Below, one piece after another: positions 56,234 to 64,000 of a stretch of 64,000 bases of DNA. The notes under the pieces are model-generated. The model had not been told where the DNA came from. It made no database searches and saw only the letters and a list, made by a program, of their open reading frames with translations. Positions within the stretch are counted from its first letter, which is position 1. Each line of letters begins with the position of its first letter. The stretch is taken from positions 124,001-188,000 of the forward strand of contig NZ_SMNA01000006.1 of assembly GCF_004353825.1 (NCBI RefSeq), in the 5' to 3' direction. This stretch comes from Occultella glacieicola (GTDB taxonomy: Bacteria > Actinomycetota > Actinomycetes > Actinomycetales > Beutenbergiaceae). The position numbers and the translations under genes are program-made.

Positions 56234-58261
56234 TCAGAACGAGGTGCGCCCGTACCCGAACACGTACTCCGCGCCGGTGGCGTCGGTGTAGGCGTACCCG
56301 GTCGGCTCGTCCGCCCCGGGGATGTCGGAGGCCTTCCCGAGGACCTTCTCCCGGCTCGCCGGGATCGAGTACGGGAGCCTCCCGGACGGCGACACCGCAC
56401 CGGTGAGCAGGTCGCTGAGGGCGTCGGTGAGGACCCCGAACGCCCCGACCACGGCGGCCGCGCCAGGTGCGAGAGTGTCCAGCAGCCACGGGTTGGCGAA
56501 CGAGACGGCCAGCACGGTCGGCACCGTCGCCTCGATCTCGAGGACGCGGTCGGCGTCAACACCGGTCGCGGCGTCCAGGGCGATCGAGAGCTCGGTGTCC
56601 GGCTTGTCGCTGAGCAGCGACATCGCCGGACGCACCAGCGCGAGTGCGTGCGTGGCCTCCACGAGGGAGTCCACGACGGTGACGCCGGACCCGATCGAGG
56701 CGGCCACCTCCGCGCGCACGCGTGCCTGCTCCGCGTCGCGGTCGGTCCCGGTGAACAACTCGACGTACAGGCGGGCCGGTGCGCCGCCGTCGGGCGTCAG
56801 CGGCAGCACGCCGCGGTCATTGCGCAGCAGCACCAGCGAGCGGCGGTGCGCGGAGTCGGCGAGGGCCTGGATCTCGCGGTCCTCGGCAAGGGCCTGGGCC
56901 CGGTCCGGGTCGACATACGGGTTCTCGAACAGGCCGAGCCGGAACATCTCGTCGAGCAGGTAGGTCACGTTGTGGTCGAGCTGGTCCGTGCTGACCAGGC
57001 CCTGGGCGACGGCGTCCAGGAGCGGCTGCGGGTTCCCGTCGCCGGCGAACGTGTTCACCCCCGCATCGATCGCCTTGGCGAACCGCTCCGGGCGGGTCAG
57101 CGACTCCACCCCCCACGGCATGCCGGTGGAGATCCCGGTATCGGAGTTCACGTAGCCGGTGAAGCCCAGTTCACCGCGCAGCACGTCGGTGATCAGGTAC
57201 TTGTCGTAGGCGAACCCGACCTCCTCGAACGTTCGGCCGTCGTGCAGTTGCGGCGCCGACATGGCGTTCGTCGTCTTCGCGTAGTACGGCATGATCGACG
57301 TCGTGCCGGCCTCGATGGCGGCCCGGAACACCGGCAGGTGGTAGCGGTACAGGCTGCCCTCGGTCGGGTACGGCTGGAACCGGCCGTGCTCGAAGTGTGG
57401 GTCGTGACCCTTGTCCCGCGGCCCGCCACCGGGGAAGTGCTTCGTGGTCATCGACACCGAGTCCGAGCCGAGTTCGGCGCCCTGGAAGCCGCGGGTGACG
57501 GCGGCGATCAGCCTGGCGGCCAGATCTGGGTCCTCCCCGAACGTGCCGGCCGCCCGGGACCAGCGGGGCTCGGTGACGATGTCCGCCATGTACTGGTAGC
57601 CCTTGGTGATCCCGGCGGCGCGCCACTGCGTGGCGGCCAGCCGCCCGAACTCCTCCACCAGTTCGGCGTCGCCCGTCGCTGCCAGGCCCAGCTCGCCCGG
57701 CCAGTTCGACATCTGGTCGCTGGCCTCGGCTATCCCGAACAGCTTGGTGTCGGAGACGTGGTTGCGCGGGTTCGAGACCATCACCACGGGGATCCCCAGC
57801 GGGGTGCCCTCGGCGAGTTCCTGGAGGGCGTTCACCCAGGTGGCGAGGTCGAATGACGTGGGGTTGTCCCGGATGATCAGATACCGCAGCCCCAGTTCGG
57901 TGATCGCCCGGTGCGAACCGGCGTAGTCCAGGACGGGCGGGTCGAACCGGTAGGTGGAGGACGACTCGGCCGCCCAGAAGTTCGTCTCGGACCACTTCTC
58001 GTGGGTGTTCAGGATGCCCTGCTCCGGGTCATCGATGATCCTCGAGGCGCCCATGTGGTGGGACGTGATCAGCATCAGGCCGACCTTCTCCTCGGTGGAC
58101 ATCCGCCCGACCAGGTCGGCGACCCGCTCGGCCACCGGCAGCCGCCAGTCCTCGTACGGGTCCAGACGGCCGTTGCCGTTGAGGTCCTTGAACCGGAGAC
58201 CGTCGACGTCGAGGACCCGGCCCGAGCGGGAACCGAGGGTGGGTTGGCTGACTGCTGGCAT
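56234..58261 (-). CDS. Glycoside hydrolase family 3 (beta-glucosidase-like)
   Basis: FKDLNGNG.LDPYEDWRL, EPRWSR..TFGED, KHFPGGG, GFTGYVNSDT; no signal peptide. Confidence 0.93.
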   Translation of the reverse strand: MPAVSQPTLGSRSGRVLDVDGLRFKDLNGNGRLDPYEDWRLPVAERVADLVGRMSTEEKVGLMLITSHHMGASRIIDDPEQGILNTHEKWSETNFWAAESSSTYRFDPPVLDYAGSHRAITELGLRYLIIRDNPTSFDLATWVNALQELAEGTPLGIPVVMVSNPRNHVSDTKLFGIAEASDQMSNWPGELGLAATGDAELVEEFGRLAATQWRAAGITKGYQYMADIVTEPRWSRAAGTFGEDPDLAARLIAAVTRGFQGAELGSDSVSMTTKHFPGGGPRDKGHDPHFEHGRFQPYPTEGSLYRYHLPVFRAAIEAGTTSIMPYYAKTTNAMSAPQLHDGRTFEEVGFAYDKYLITDVLRGELGFTGYVNSDTGISTGMPWGVESLTRPERFAKAIDAGVNTFAGDGNPQPLLDAVAQGLVSTDQLDHNVTYLLDEMFRLGLFENPYVDPDRAQALAEDREIQALADSAHRRSLVLLRNDRGVLPLTPDGGAPARLYVELFTGTDRDAEQARVRAEVAASIGSGVTVVDSLVEATHALALVRPAMSLLSDKPDTELSIALDAATGVDADRVLEIEATVPTVLAVSFANPWLLDTLAPGAAAVVGAFGVLTDALSDLLTGAVSPSGRLPYSIPASREKVLGKASDIPGADEPTGYAYTDATGAEYVFGYGRTSF

Positions 58262-58335
58262 GGCGGCGTGGCCTTTCCGGAGCGAGGACTGGCGGGCCGG
58301 GGTCTGCCCGTCCCGCCAGTCTCACCGCGGTGGGC

Positions 58336-59754
58336 TCAGGCGGCCACTCCTTGCCTCGACTTGCCGTCCGCGTCGGCACGGGCCGCGACGGCGTCGGTGA
58401 CCCTGTCGACTCCGGCCGACGGCCTGCGGGAGGGGTCGCTGCCCGCGTCGCCGGCACCGACGAACGCGGCCCGTGGGTTCATCGCGGACTGCAGCGAGAC
58501 GATGTCCCGGCCGAACACGTGTGCGCTCGCCCAGATCGCGAGCACCTGGACCTTGCGGTGCCAGGTGGGCACGGCCAGCACGTGGTAGCCGCGGTGGACC
58601 AGCCACGCCGGCCAGCCGGTGAGCGTGATCGGACCGGACTGGAACACGCCGCGCCCGATGCCGAGCGTGGCGATCACACCGAGGCTGTGGTGCGCGTAGT
58701 CCTTCGGGGCACGGCCACGCAGGACGGCGGCGATGTTGCGGCCGAGCCGCCGGCCCTGCCGGACCGCGTGCTGAGCGTTCGGCACCGTGTAGGCGTCGGC
58801 CCGGTCGACGGCCAGGTCCGGCACCGCGGCGGCGTCCCCGGCGGCCCAGGCGTCCGGGACGGGGCCGTCGGGGGTCCGAACGCGCAGGTCCGCGCCGACG
58901 ACGAGCCGGCCGCGCGCGTCCACGGGAAGGTCCGTGTGGTTCGCCACGACCGGATTCGCACCGTTGCCGGCGGTCCACACGATCAGGTTCGCGTCGAAGG
59001 CGGTGCCATCGCTCAGTTCCACGCGGGAGTCGACGGCGGAGGTCAGCTGCGCGTTCAGGTGCAGCGTGGCGCCGCGGTCGCGCAGACTCTGCGCCACCTT
59101 CGCCGCCGTGGCCGCCTTGAACTCGGGCAGGATCCGACCCTGCGCCTCGACGAGTCGGAAGTCCAGGTCCGCGCGCGTGAGCTCGGGGTAGTCGGCCAGC
59201 AACGCCGTGGACAGGGACAGCAGTTCGCCGAACCCCTCCACGCCGGCGAGGCCGGCCCCGACGAACACGACGGTCAGCAGGGCCCGGCGCTCCGGTCCGG
59301 GTGGCAGCACGGACGCCTGGTCGAAGGCGACCAGCAACCGGTCCCGGATCGCGATGGCCTCCTCGACGTGCTTGAGCCCGATCGCGTGCTCGGCCAGGCC
59401 CGGGATCGGGAACGTCCTGGTCACGGCGCCGGCCGTGATCGCGATGACGTCGTAGCCGACGTCCAGGTCCGGCCCGGCGGCCGGGTGTACCCGGACGGTC
59501 CTGGTGGCGTGGTCGACCCGGGTCACGCTGCCGGCGATCACCCTCGTGCGGTGCAGCCGCTTGCGGACCGAGATCACCGCGTGCCGGGGCTCGATGGAGC
59601 CGGCCGCGACCTCGGGCAGGAACGGCTGGTACGTCATGTACGGCCGCGGGTCGATCACGGTCAACTCCGCTTCGCCCGGACGTAGCGTGCGCTCCAGGGT
59701 CCACGCGGCGTAGAAGCCCGCGTAGCCGCCGCCGACGATCACGATTCTGCGCAT
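58336..59754 (-). CDS. NADH dehydrogenase-like FAD-dependent oxidoreductase
   Basis: VGGGYAG, YQPFLPEVAAG, GAGLAGVE, WAAGD, PNAQHAVRQG. Confidence 0.92.
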   Translation of the reverse strand: MRRIVIVGGGYAGFYAAWTLERTLRPGEAELTVIDPRPYMTYQPFLPEVAAGSIEPRHAVISVRKRLHRTRVIAGSVTRVDHATRTVRVHPAAGPDLDVGYDVIAITAGAVTRTFPIPGLAEHAIGLKHVEEAIAIRDRLLVAFDQASVLPPGPERRALLTVVFVGAGLAGVEGFGELLSLSTALLADYPELTRADLDFRLVEAQGRILPEFKAATAAKVAQSLRDRGATLHLNAQLTSAVDSRVELSDGTAFDANLIVWTAGNGANPVVANHTDLPVDARGRLVVGADLRVRTPDGPVPDAWAAGDAAAVPDLAVDRADAYTVPNAQHAVRQGRRLGRNIAAVLRGRAPKDYAHHSLGVIATLGIGRGVFQSGPITLTGWPAWLVHRGYHVLAVPTWHRKVQVLAIWASAHVFGRDIVSLQSAMNPRAAFVGAGDAGSDPSRRPSAGVDRVTDAVAARADADGKSRQGVAA

Positions 59755-59827
59755 CTGTTCCTCGCGCCTCCCACACCCTCGCCGGCCGGCGCCGTTCGCC
59801 CGCCGCTCCCGGGGTGTCACTACCTAT

Positions 59828-59854
59828 GACCCGGTAGCGTCCACCGGCGTGACG
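59828..59854 (-). promoter_or_regulatory. ECF41 (SigJ-type) promoter
   Basis: Minus strand CGTCACG-N16-GGTC upstream of the oxidoreductase. Confidence 0.6.
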
Positions 59855-59913
59855 GCCGTGGTGCGGTGTGGGCCGTGACGTGCGCCACAGTGCCCCGGTT
59901 CGGCCGGTCCCGG

Positions 59914-60840
59914 TCAGTCGGTCCGGGCGATCCGCTCGAGCTTGGCCGGGGCCATCATCCAGCGGATCTGCTCGACGCCGTCCTCGCCGGCGGTGACGGA
60001 GACGAGGACCAGCGGCTCGTCGCCACGACGCACCAGGATCGCCGGCTCGCCGTTGGCCTCCACCCATTCCTGGTCGGTGCCGGTCCAGAAGTGGTGGGCG
60101 AACGCGGCGATGAACTTCGCCACCCGCTCGCGGCCGACGACGAGTCTGCGGGCGGCGTTCTTGACGCCGTTGCCGTCGGTGGTGCTGACCACGTCGGCCG
60201 CGAAGAGGTCCTCCAACGCGGCCATCTCCCCGGCCTGGGCCGCCGCGAGGAACGCCGCCAGGAGCCGCCGCTGCTCGTCGGCGTCCACCCGATCCCGTCG
60301 CTGTTCGGCGAGGTGCTTGCGGGCCCTGCTGACCAGCTGGCGCACGTTCGCCTGGGTCTGCTCGAGGATGGACGCGATGGTCTCGTAGGGGTAGTCGAAG
60401 GCCTGCCGGAGCACGTACGCGGCGCGCTCCATCGGGGTCAGCCGCTCCATCAGCATCAGAATCGCGAACTCGAGCGCCTCGCCCCGCTCGGCACCGAGGG
60501 CCGGGTCGGCACTGGTATCTACCGGCTCGGGCATCCACGGCCCGATGTAGGACTCGCGCCGGGCGCGGGCCGATGTCACCGAGTTGAGCGCCAGGCGCGT
60601 CGTCGTGGTGGCCAGGAACGCCGCCGGGTTCTCCACGGTGTCCCGGTCATAGCGCTGCCAGCGCACCCAGGCCTCCTGGACGATGTCCTCCGCCTCACTG
60701 GCGCTTCCGAGCATCCGGTAAGCGATGCCGAACAGCCTGGGCCGCACGGCCATGAACGTGTCGAGGGCGGCGTTGAGGGCATCATCACGAGGGTCGGGTC
60801 GTGCGTGCGGAGGGGCCTGCGGTGCCACGACGACGATCAT
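59914..60840 (-). CDS. sigJ: ECF41 RNA polymerase sigma factor (SigJ family, SnoaL-like extension)
   Basis: AYRMLGS..EAED.VQEAW, YIGPWMPEP, DGNG, C-terminal PAKL (NPDKL-like). Confidence 0.9.
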   Translation of the reverse strand: MIVVVAPQAPPHARPDPRDDALNAALDTFMAVRPRLFGIAYRMLGSASEAEDIVQEAWVRWQRYDRDTVENPAAFLATTTTRLALNSVTSARARRESYIGPWMPEPVDTSADPALGAERGEALEFAILMLMERLTPMERAAYVLRQAFDYPYETIASILEQTQANVRQLVSRARKHLAEQRRDRVDADEQRRLLAAFLAAAQAGEMAALEDLFAADVVSTTDGNGVKNAARRLVVGRERVAKFIAAFAHHFWTGTDQEWVEANGEPAILVRRGDEPLVLVSVTAGEDGVEQIRWMMAPAKLERIARTD

Positions 60841-60876
60841 AGGGCCGGGTGGCGTCCCACGGGACGGGCATCCGGC

Positions 60877-61620
60877 TCAGGATCCGCCCAGGTCGAGGCC
60901 GCCGTCGAAGTCGTGCTCCGGCCCGCCCACCGGGTCGTGGTCGTCGGCCGGTTCGGTCCCGTCCTCCGCGGGGCCGGTGTTCGCCGGGCTGCCGCCGAAG
61001 CCGTCCCGCGCCACACCGGCTTCGCCCACGCCAACAAGCCCGAGCCCCTGACCGACCGCACCGCCGGAGTCCGCCGGTGCTCCGCCGTCGAGCACTACGC
61101 CGAACATGGCCTGCGCGAGTGCTGTGCCGACGTACGCGCCGGCGATCGAGCTCAGCAGCGAGGAGCCGGCGCCCCGATCGTCGAAGACCCGCCGGAGCAC
61201 GCCGGGGCGGCGCGCCTCGGTGCGGGTCGCGGCGCGGGCGAGGGTCTCCGGCGAATCGTCCTCGGGCCGGTCGGCGGGCGCGGCCGCGCCGAACAGTCGA
61301 TCCCGCACCTCCAGCCGCTGCGCCTGCGTCAGCTGCGCGAACGCCTCGGCGTGGGCCTGCTCGATCTGGTCCGGGGGCGCGGTGCGCAACAGGTACTCGT
61401 ACCGCTCGATGGCGCGCCGCTCCTCGGCGCTTCCGATGGCGCTGTGCTGAGGGGTGCCGGGACGTTGGAACTGCGGGTCGGTGAGCCGGCTCTCGGGATT
61501 CTCGGAACTGCGGAACTGCGGAACGGTCCACTGGCGCCCGCCGGCCGCCATCGGGCTTCGCTCCGGCGACTGGTCCGGGTCGGCGTCGGCGCGCCCGAAC
61601 AGCCGTTCGATGATCCCCAT
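60877..61620 (-). CDS. Conserved actinobacterial hypothetical protein
   Basis: AIERYEYLLRTAPP..IEQAHAEAF..LARAATR.E; acidic Gly-rich tail. Confidence 0.75.
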   Translation of the reverse strand: MGIIERLFGRADADPDQSPERSPMAAGGRQWTVPQFRSSENPESRLTDPQFQRPGTPQHSAIGSAEERRAIERYEYLLRTAPPDQIEQAHAEAFAQLTQAQRLEVRDRLFGAAAPADRPEDDSPETLARAATRTEARRPGVLRRVFDDRGAGSSLLSSIAGAYVGTALAQAMFGVVLDGGAPADSGGAVGQGLGLVGVGEAGVARDGFGGSPANTGPAEDGTEPADDHDPVGGPEHDFDGGLDLGGS

Positions 61621-61735
61621 GCTGCGCTCCGTCCACTCGGGTGCCGCCGAACCCGCCGGCGGGTGGAACCCACCGTAGCCCGCGATCCTTCGCGCCTTCC
61701 GCCGAGGGCCGGGGACATCTGCCCGGCACGGTCCC

Positions 61736-62668
61736 TCACCTGCGGCGCTTGCCCTCCAGCCGGACCACCTCGGCGCGCGCCCGTTCGGCACCGCTGTCCG
61801 CGCGCTCGCGGGCCGCCTCGGCTTCGGCACGGTCGGACTCAGCGGTCGCCAGGGCCCGCTCGACCTGATCGAGCTCGTGCTCCAACTCGAACGCCTGCCG
61901 CCGCAGTTCCTCGACCTGGGAACGCACCCGCAGCGACTGGGCCTGCAGCGTGTCCGCCCGCTTGCTCGCCCTGGCCTGAACCTCCGTGGCGCGGCGCTGC
62001 TGCCGGTCCGCCTCCGCGGCCTCCTCCCTGGCCTCGGCGAGCAGGCGGGCCGCGGCCTGATCCGGCGTCTCGGCTGGTTCCACGACGGCCGCCAGGGGCG
62101 CGCTGCGATGCTTCGTGCCCGGCCGGCTCCCGACGGCCCCTTCGATGGCCACGGCGCCGGTCAGGTCCACCGGACCCATCCCGATCACCTGGAGCGGCTC
62201 GACCAGCAGGCCGCTCAGGACGGCCCCCTCCGCATCCGGGTCCGCCATCGCCGCTTGCAGGGTCGCCTCCACCTGGGTGGCCACGGCCTCGCTGACCGGC
62301 TGGCCCAGCGAGCGGCACAGGGACCGGCCCTCCTGGACCACCGCTCCGACGAGCCGCCGCCGCCCCGTCGAGAGGGCACGGAGCTGGGCGCCGTCCAGGT
62401 CCTCCTGGGCCTCCCGCAGTTCGGCACCGAGATCGAACAACTGCCCGAGCCGCTCATCCATCCGCCGGACCATCGTGTTCACCGCCCAGGCGGCCGTCCC
62501 GGGCTTGCGGAGCGCCTTCACGCGCTTGCTCTGCTCGGGGTCGCCCTCCGACCTCAGCGTCGCGGCGGCCGCGTTCCGGGCACCGGTGAAGTCGCCGGGC
62601 AGGAGGCCGTACAGTTCGTACGCCTGAGCGCGCAGCGCACCCTGGTCGGGATCAGTCGCGGCCGGCAT
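61736..62668 (-). CDS. Conserved hypothetical protein with coiled-coil C-terminus
   Basis: ELYGL.P.DF..ARN..VKALRKP..AAWAVN; GGAGGA RBS. Confidence 0.78.
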   Translation of the reverse strand: MPAATDPDQGALRAQAYELYGLLPGDFTGARNAAAATLRSEGDPEQSKRVKALRKPGTAAWAVNTMVRRMDERLGQLFDLGAELREAQEDLDGAQLRALSTGRRRLVGAVVQEGRSLCRSLGQPVSEAVATQVEATLQAAMADPDAEGAVLSGLLVEPLQVIGMGPVDLTGAVAIEGAVGSRPGTKHRSAPLAAVVEPAETPDQAAARLLAEAREEAAEADRQQRRATEVQARASKRADTLQAQSLRVRSQVEELRRQAFELEHELDQVERALATAESDRAEAEAARERADSGAERARAEVVRLEGKRRR

Positions 62669-62788
62669 CGGTCCTCCCTCCGATGCCCGAATTCTTGCAT
62701 CCCCGACCGGAAATGTTCTTTCCCTCGCCCGTGTTGCTGACTCAGACTCGACACACCGCCCCGCCGCACTACCGAACTGGACTCCCGC

Positions 62789-64000
62789 ATGCCTGGAACC
62801 ACCCCCAGCCCCTACGCCGCCGCGCCGGCCGGCGTCCCGGAGCGGCTCGAGCCGTCCACCCGGCTGGTCATCACACTGCTCCTGGTCTCCTCGTTCGTGG
62901 TCATCCTGAACGAGACGATCATGTCGGTGGCGATCCCGAACATCATGTCGGACCTGCACATCGAGGCCTCGACCGGTCAGTGGCTCTCGACGTCGTTCCT
63001 GCTCACGATGGCCGTGGTCATCCCGATCACCGGCTACCTGCTGCAGCGTTTCAACACCCGCCCGATCTTCCTCGCTGCGATGACCCTGTTCAGTGCCGGC
63101 ACCTTGATCGCTGCCGTCTCCCCGACGTTCGGGCTCCTCATCGTCGGGCGCGTGGTCCAGGCCAGCGGCACCGCGATGATGATGCCGCTCCTGATGACCA
63201 CCCTGATGACCGTGGTGCCCGCGACCCTACGCGGGCGTACCATGGGCAACGTCTCGATCGTGATGGCCGTCGCCCCGGCGGTCGGCCCCGCGATCTCCGG
63301 ACTGGTGCTGTCGGTGCTGCCGTGGAAGTGGCTGTTCTGGCTCGTCCTCCCGATCGCGATCGGCGCGCTCGTGCTCGGCGCCCTCCGGGTGCCGAACGTG
63401 TCCACCCCGAAGCGGGTGCCGCTCGACCTGGCCTCGGTGATCCTGTCCGGGCTGGCGTTCGGCGGCCTGATCTACGGGCTCAGCGGACTCGGTGAAGCCG
63501 CCCGAGAGACACCGCCGGTCCCGCTCGCGATCCCCATTGGTGGCGGTGCCCTGGCCCTGGTCCTCTTCGTGCTGCGCCAGCTGCGGCTGCAGCGTGAGGA
63601 TCGGGCGCTGCTCGACCTGCGGGTCTTCACCTCACGCAGCTACTCGGTGTCCCTGACCCTGATGGTGCTCCTGATGATGTCGCTGTTCGGCACGATCATC
63701 CTGCTGCCCCTTTACCTGCAGAACGTCCTTCGGCTCGAGACGGTCACCATCGGACTGATGCTCCTGCCTGGTGGGCTGGCGATGGGGCTCCTCGGGCCGG
63801 TCGTCGGTCGACTGTACGACCGGTTTGGGCCGCGACCGCTGGTCGTCCCGGGCGCGGTGATCGTCTCCGGGGCGCTCTGGTCGATGACCCTGCTCACAGA
63901 GCACTCCCCCGCGCTCCAGGTGCTGGCCGGGCACGTCGTGCTCAGCCTGGGCCTCGGCCTGATGTTCACGCCGTTGTTCACCACCGCCCTCGGCTCGCTC
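62789..64000 (+). CDS. DHA2 (EmrB/QacA, LmrB-like) MFS efflux transporter, 3' truncated
   Basis: SFVVILNETIMSVAIP..GQWLSTSFLLTMAVVIP..GRVVQASG..APAVGP..GRLYDRFGPR; open to the window end. Confidence 0.92.
   Translation, partial: MPGTTPSPYAAAPAGVPERLEPSTRLVITLLLVSSFVVILNETIMSVAIPNIMSDLHIEASTGQWLSTSFLLTMAVVIPITGYLLQRFNTRPIFLAAMTLFSAGTLIAAVSPTFGLLIVGRVVQASGTAMMMPLLMTTLMTVVPATLRGRTMGNVSIVMAVAPAVGPAISGLVLSVLPWKWLFWLVLPIAIGALVLGALRVPNVSTPKRVPLDLASVILSGLAFGGLIYGLSGLGEAARETPPVPLAIPIGGGALALVLFVLRQLRLQREDRALLDLRVFTSRSYSVSLTLMVLLMMSLFGTIILLPLYLQNVLRLETVTIGLMLLPGGLAMGLLGPVVGRLYDRFGPRPLVVPGAVIVSGALWSMTLLTEHSPALQVLAGHVVLSLGLGLMFTPLFTTALGSL

Noticed and set aside
1810..62295. Very long ORFs such as 25431-28112, 45956-48970, 48226-51345, 51156-55010 and 59866-62295
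   Set aside because: Antisense or off-frame shadows of well-supported genes, expected at this GC content; Arg/Pro/Gly-rich with no motifs
61736..62668. Possible transposase
   Set aside because: No DDE or HUH motifs, terminal inverted repeats or target duplications; looks like a helical conserved hypothetical protein
1..64000. CRISPR array, tRNA, rRNA, intact prophage or IS element
   Set aside because: No repeat-spacer periodicity, cloverleaf or rRNA signature, and no intact mobility genes were seen

Overview
High-GC actinobacterial chromosome segment; gene content suggests Micrococcales, which is an inference. It appears to span the replication terminus: a 28-bp actinobacterial dif-like XerCD site lies at 13970-13997, and gene orientation shifts from mostly + before it to mostly - for the large housekeeping genes after it. 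Positions 1-22.5 kb are an accessory zone of small stress and detoxification genes: AraC-VOC-UvrA2, a NUDIX-GNAT fusion, ArsR-VOC, GNATs, methyltransferases, VapBC and a VOC/DinB/WYL/DUF1905 cluster. Within it, a lower-GC stretch at about 10.8-14.2 kb holds gene remnants: an integrase-like C-terminus and a frameshifted SGNH hydrolase overlapping a lipoprotein gene. The rest is mostly core: an amino-sugar (aga-like) operon, pyruvate carboxylase, the CDP-alcohol phosphatidyltransferase-DUF881-garA-ftsR-MerR cluster without gcvH, a lone DUF932 gene, HrpB, a P-type ATPase, a membrane LRR protein, RlmC, GH3 and an ECF41 sigma factor with its target promoters. The best candidate for an undescribed system is a WYL-activator mini-regulon whose two promoters share a 20-bp palindromic motif at identical spacing from a -10 box. 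No rRNA, tRNA or CRISPR array was seen. All calls were made by eye, without database searches.
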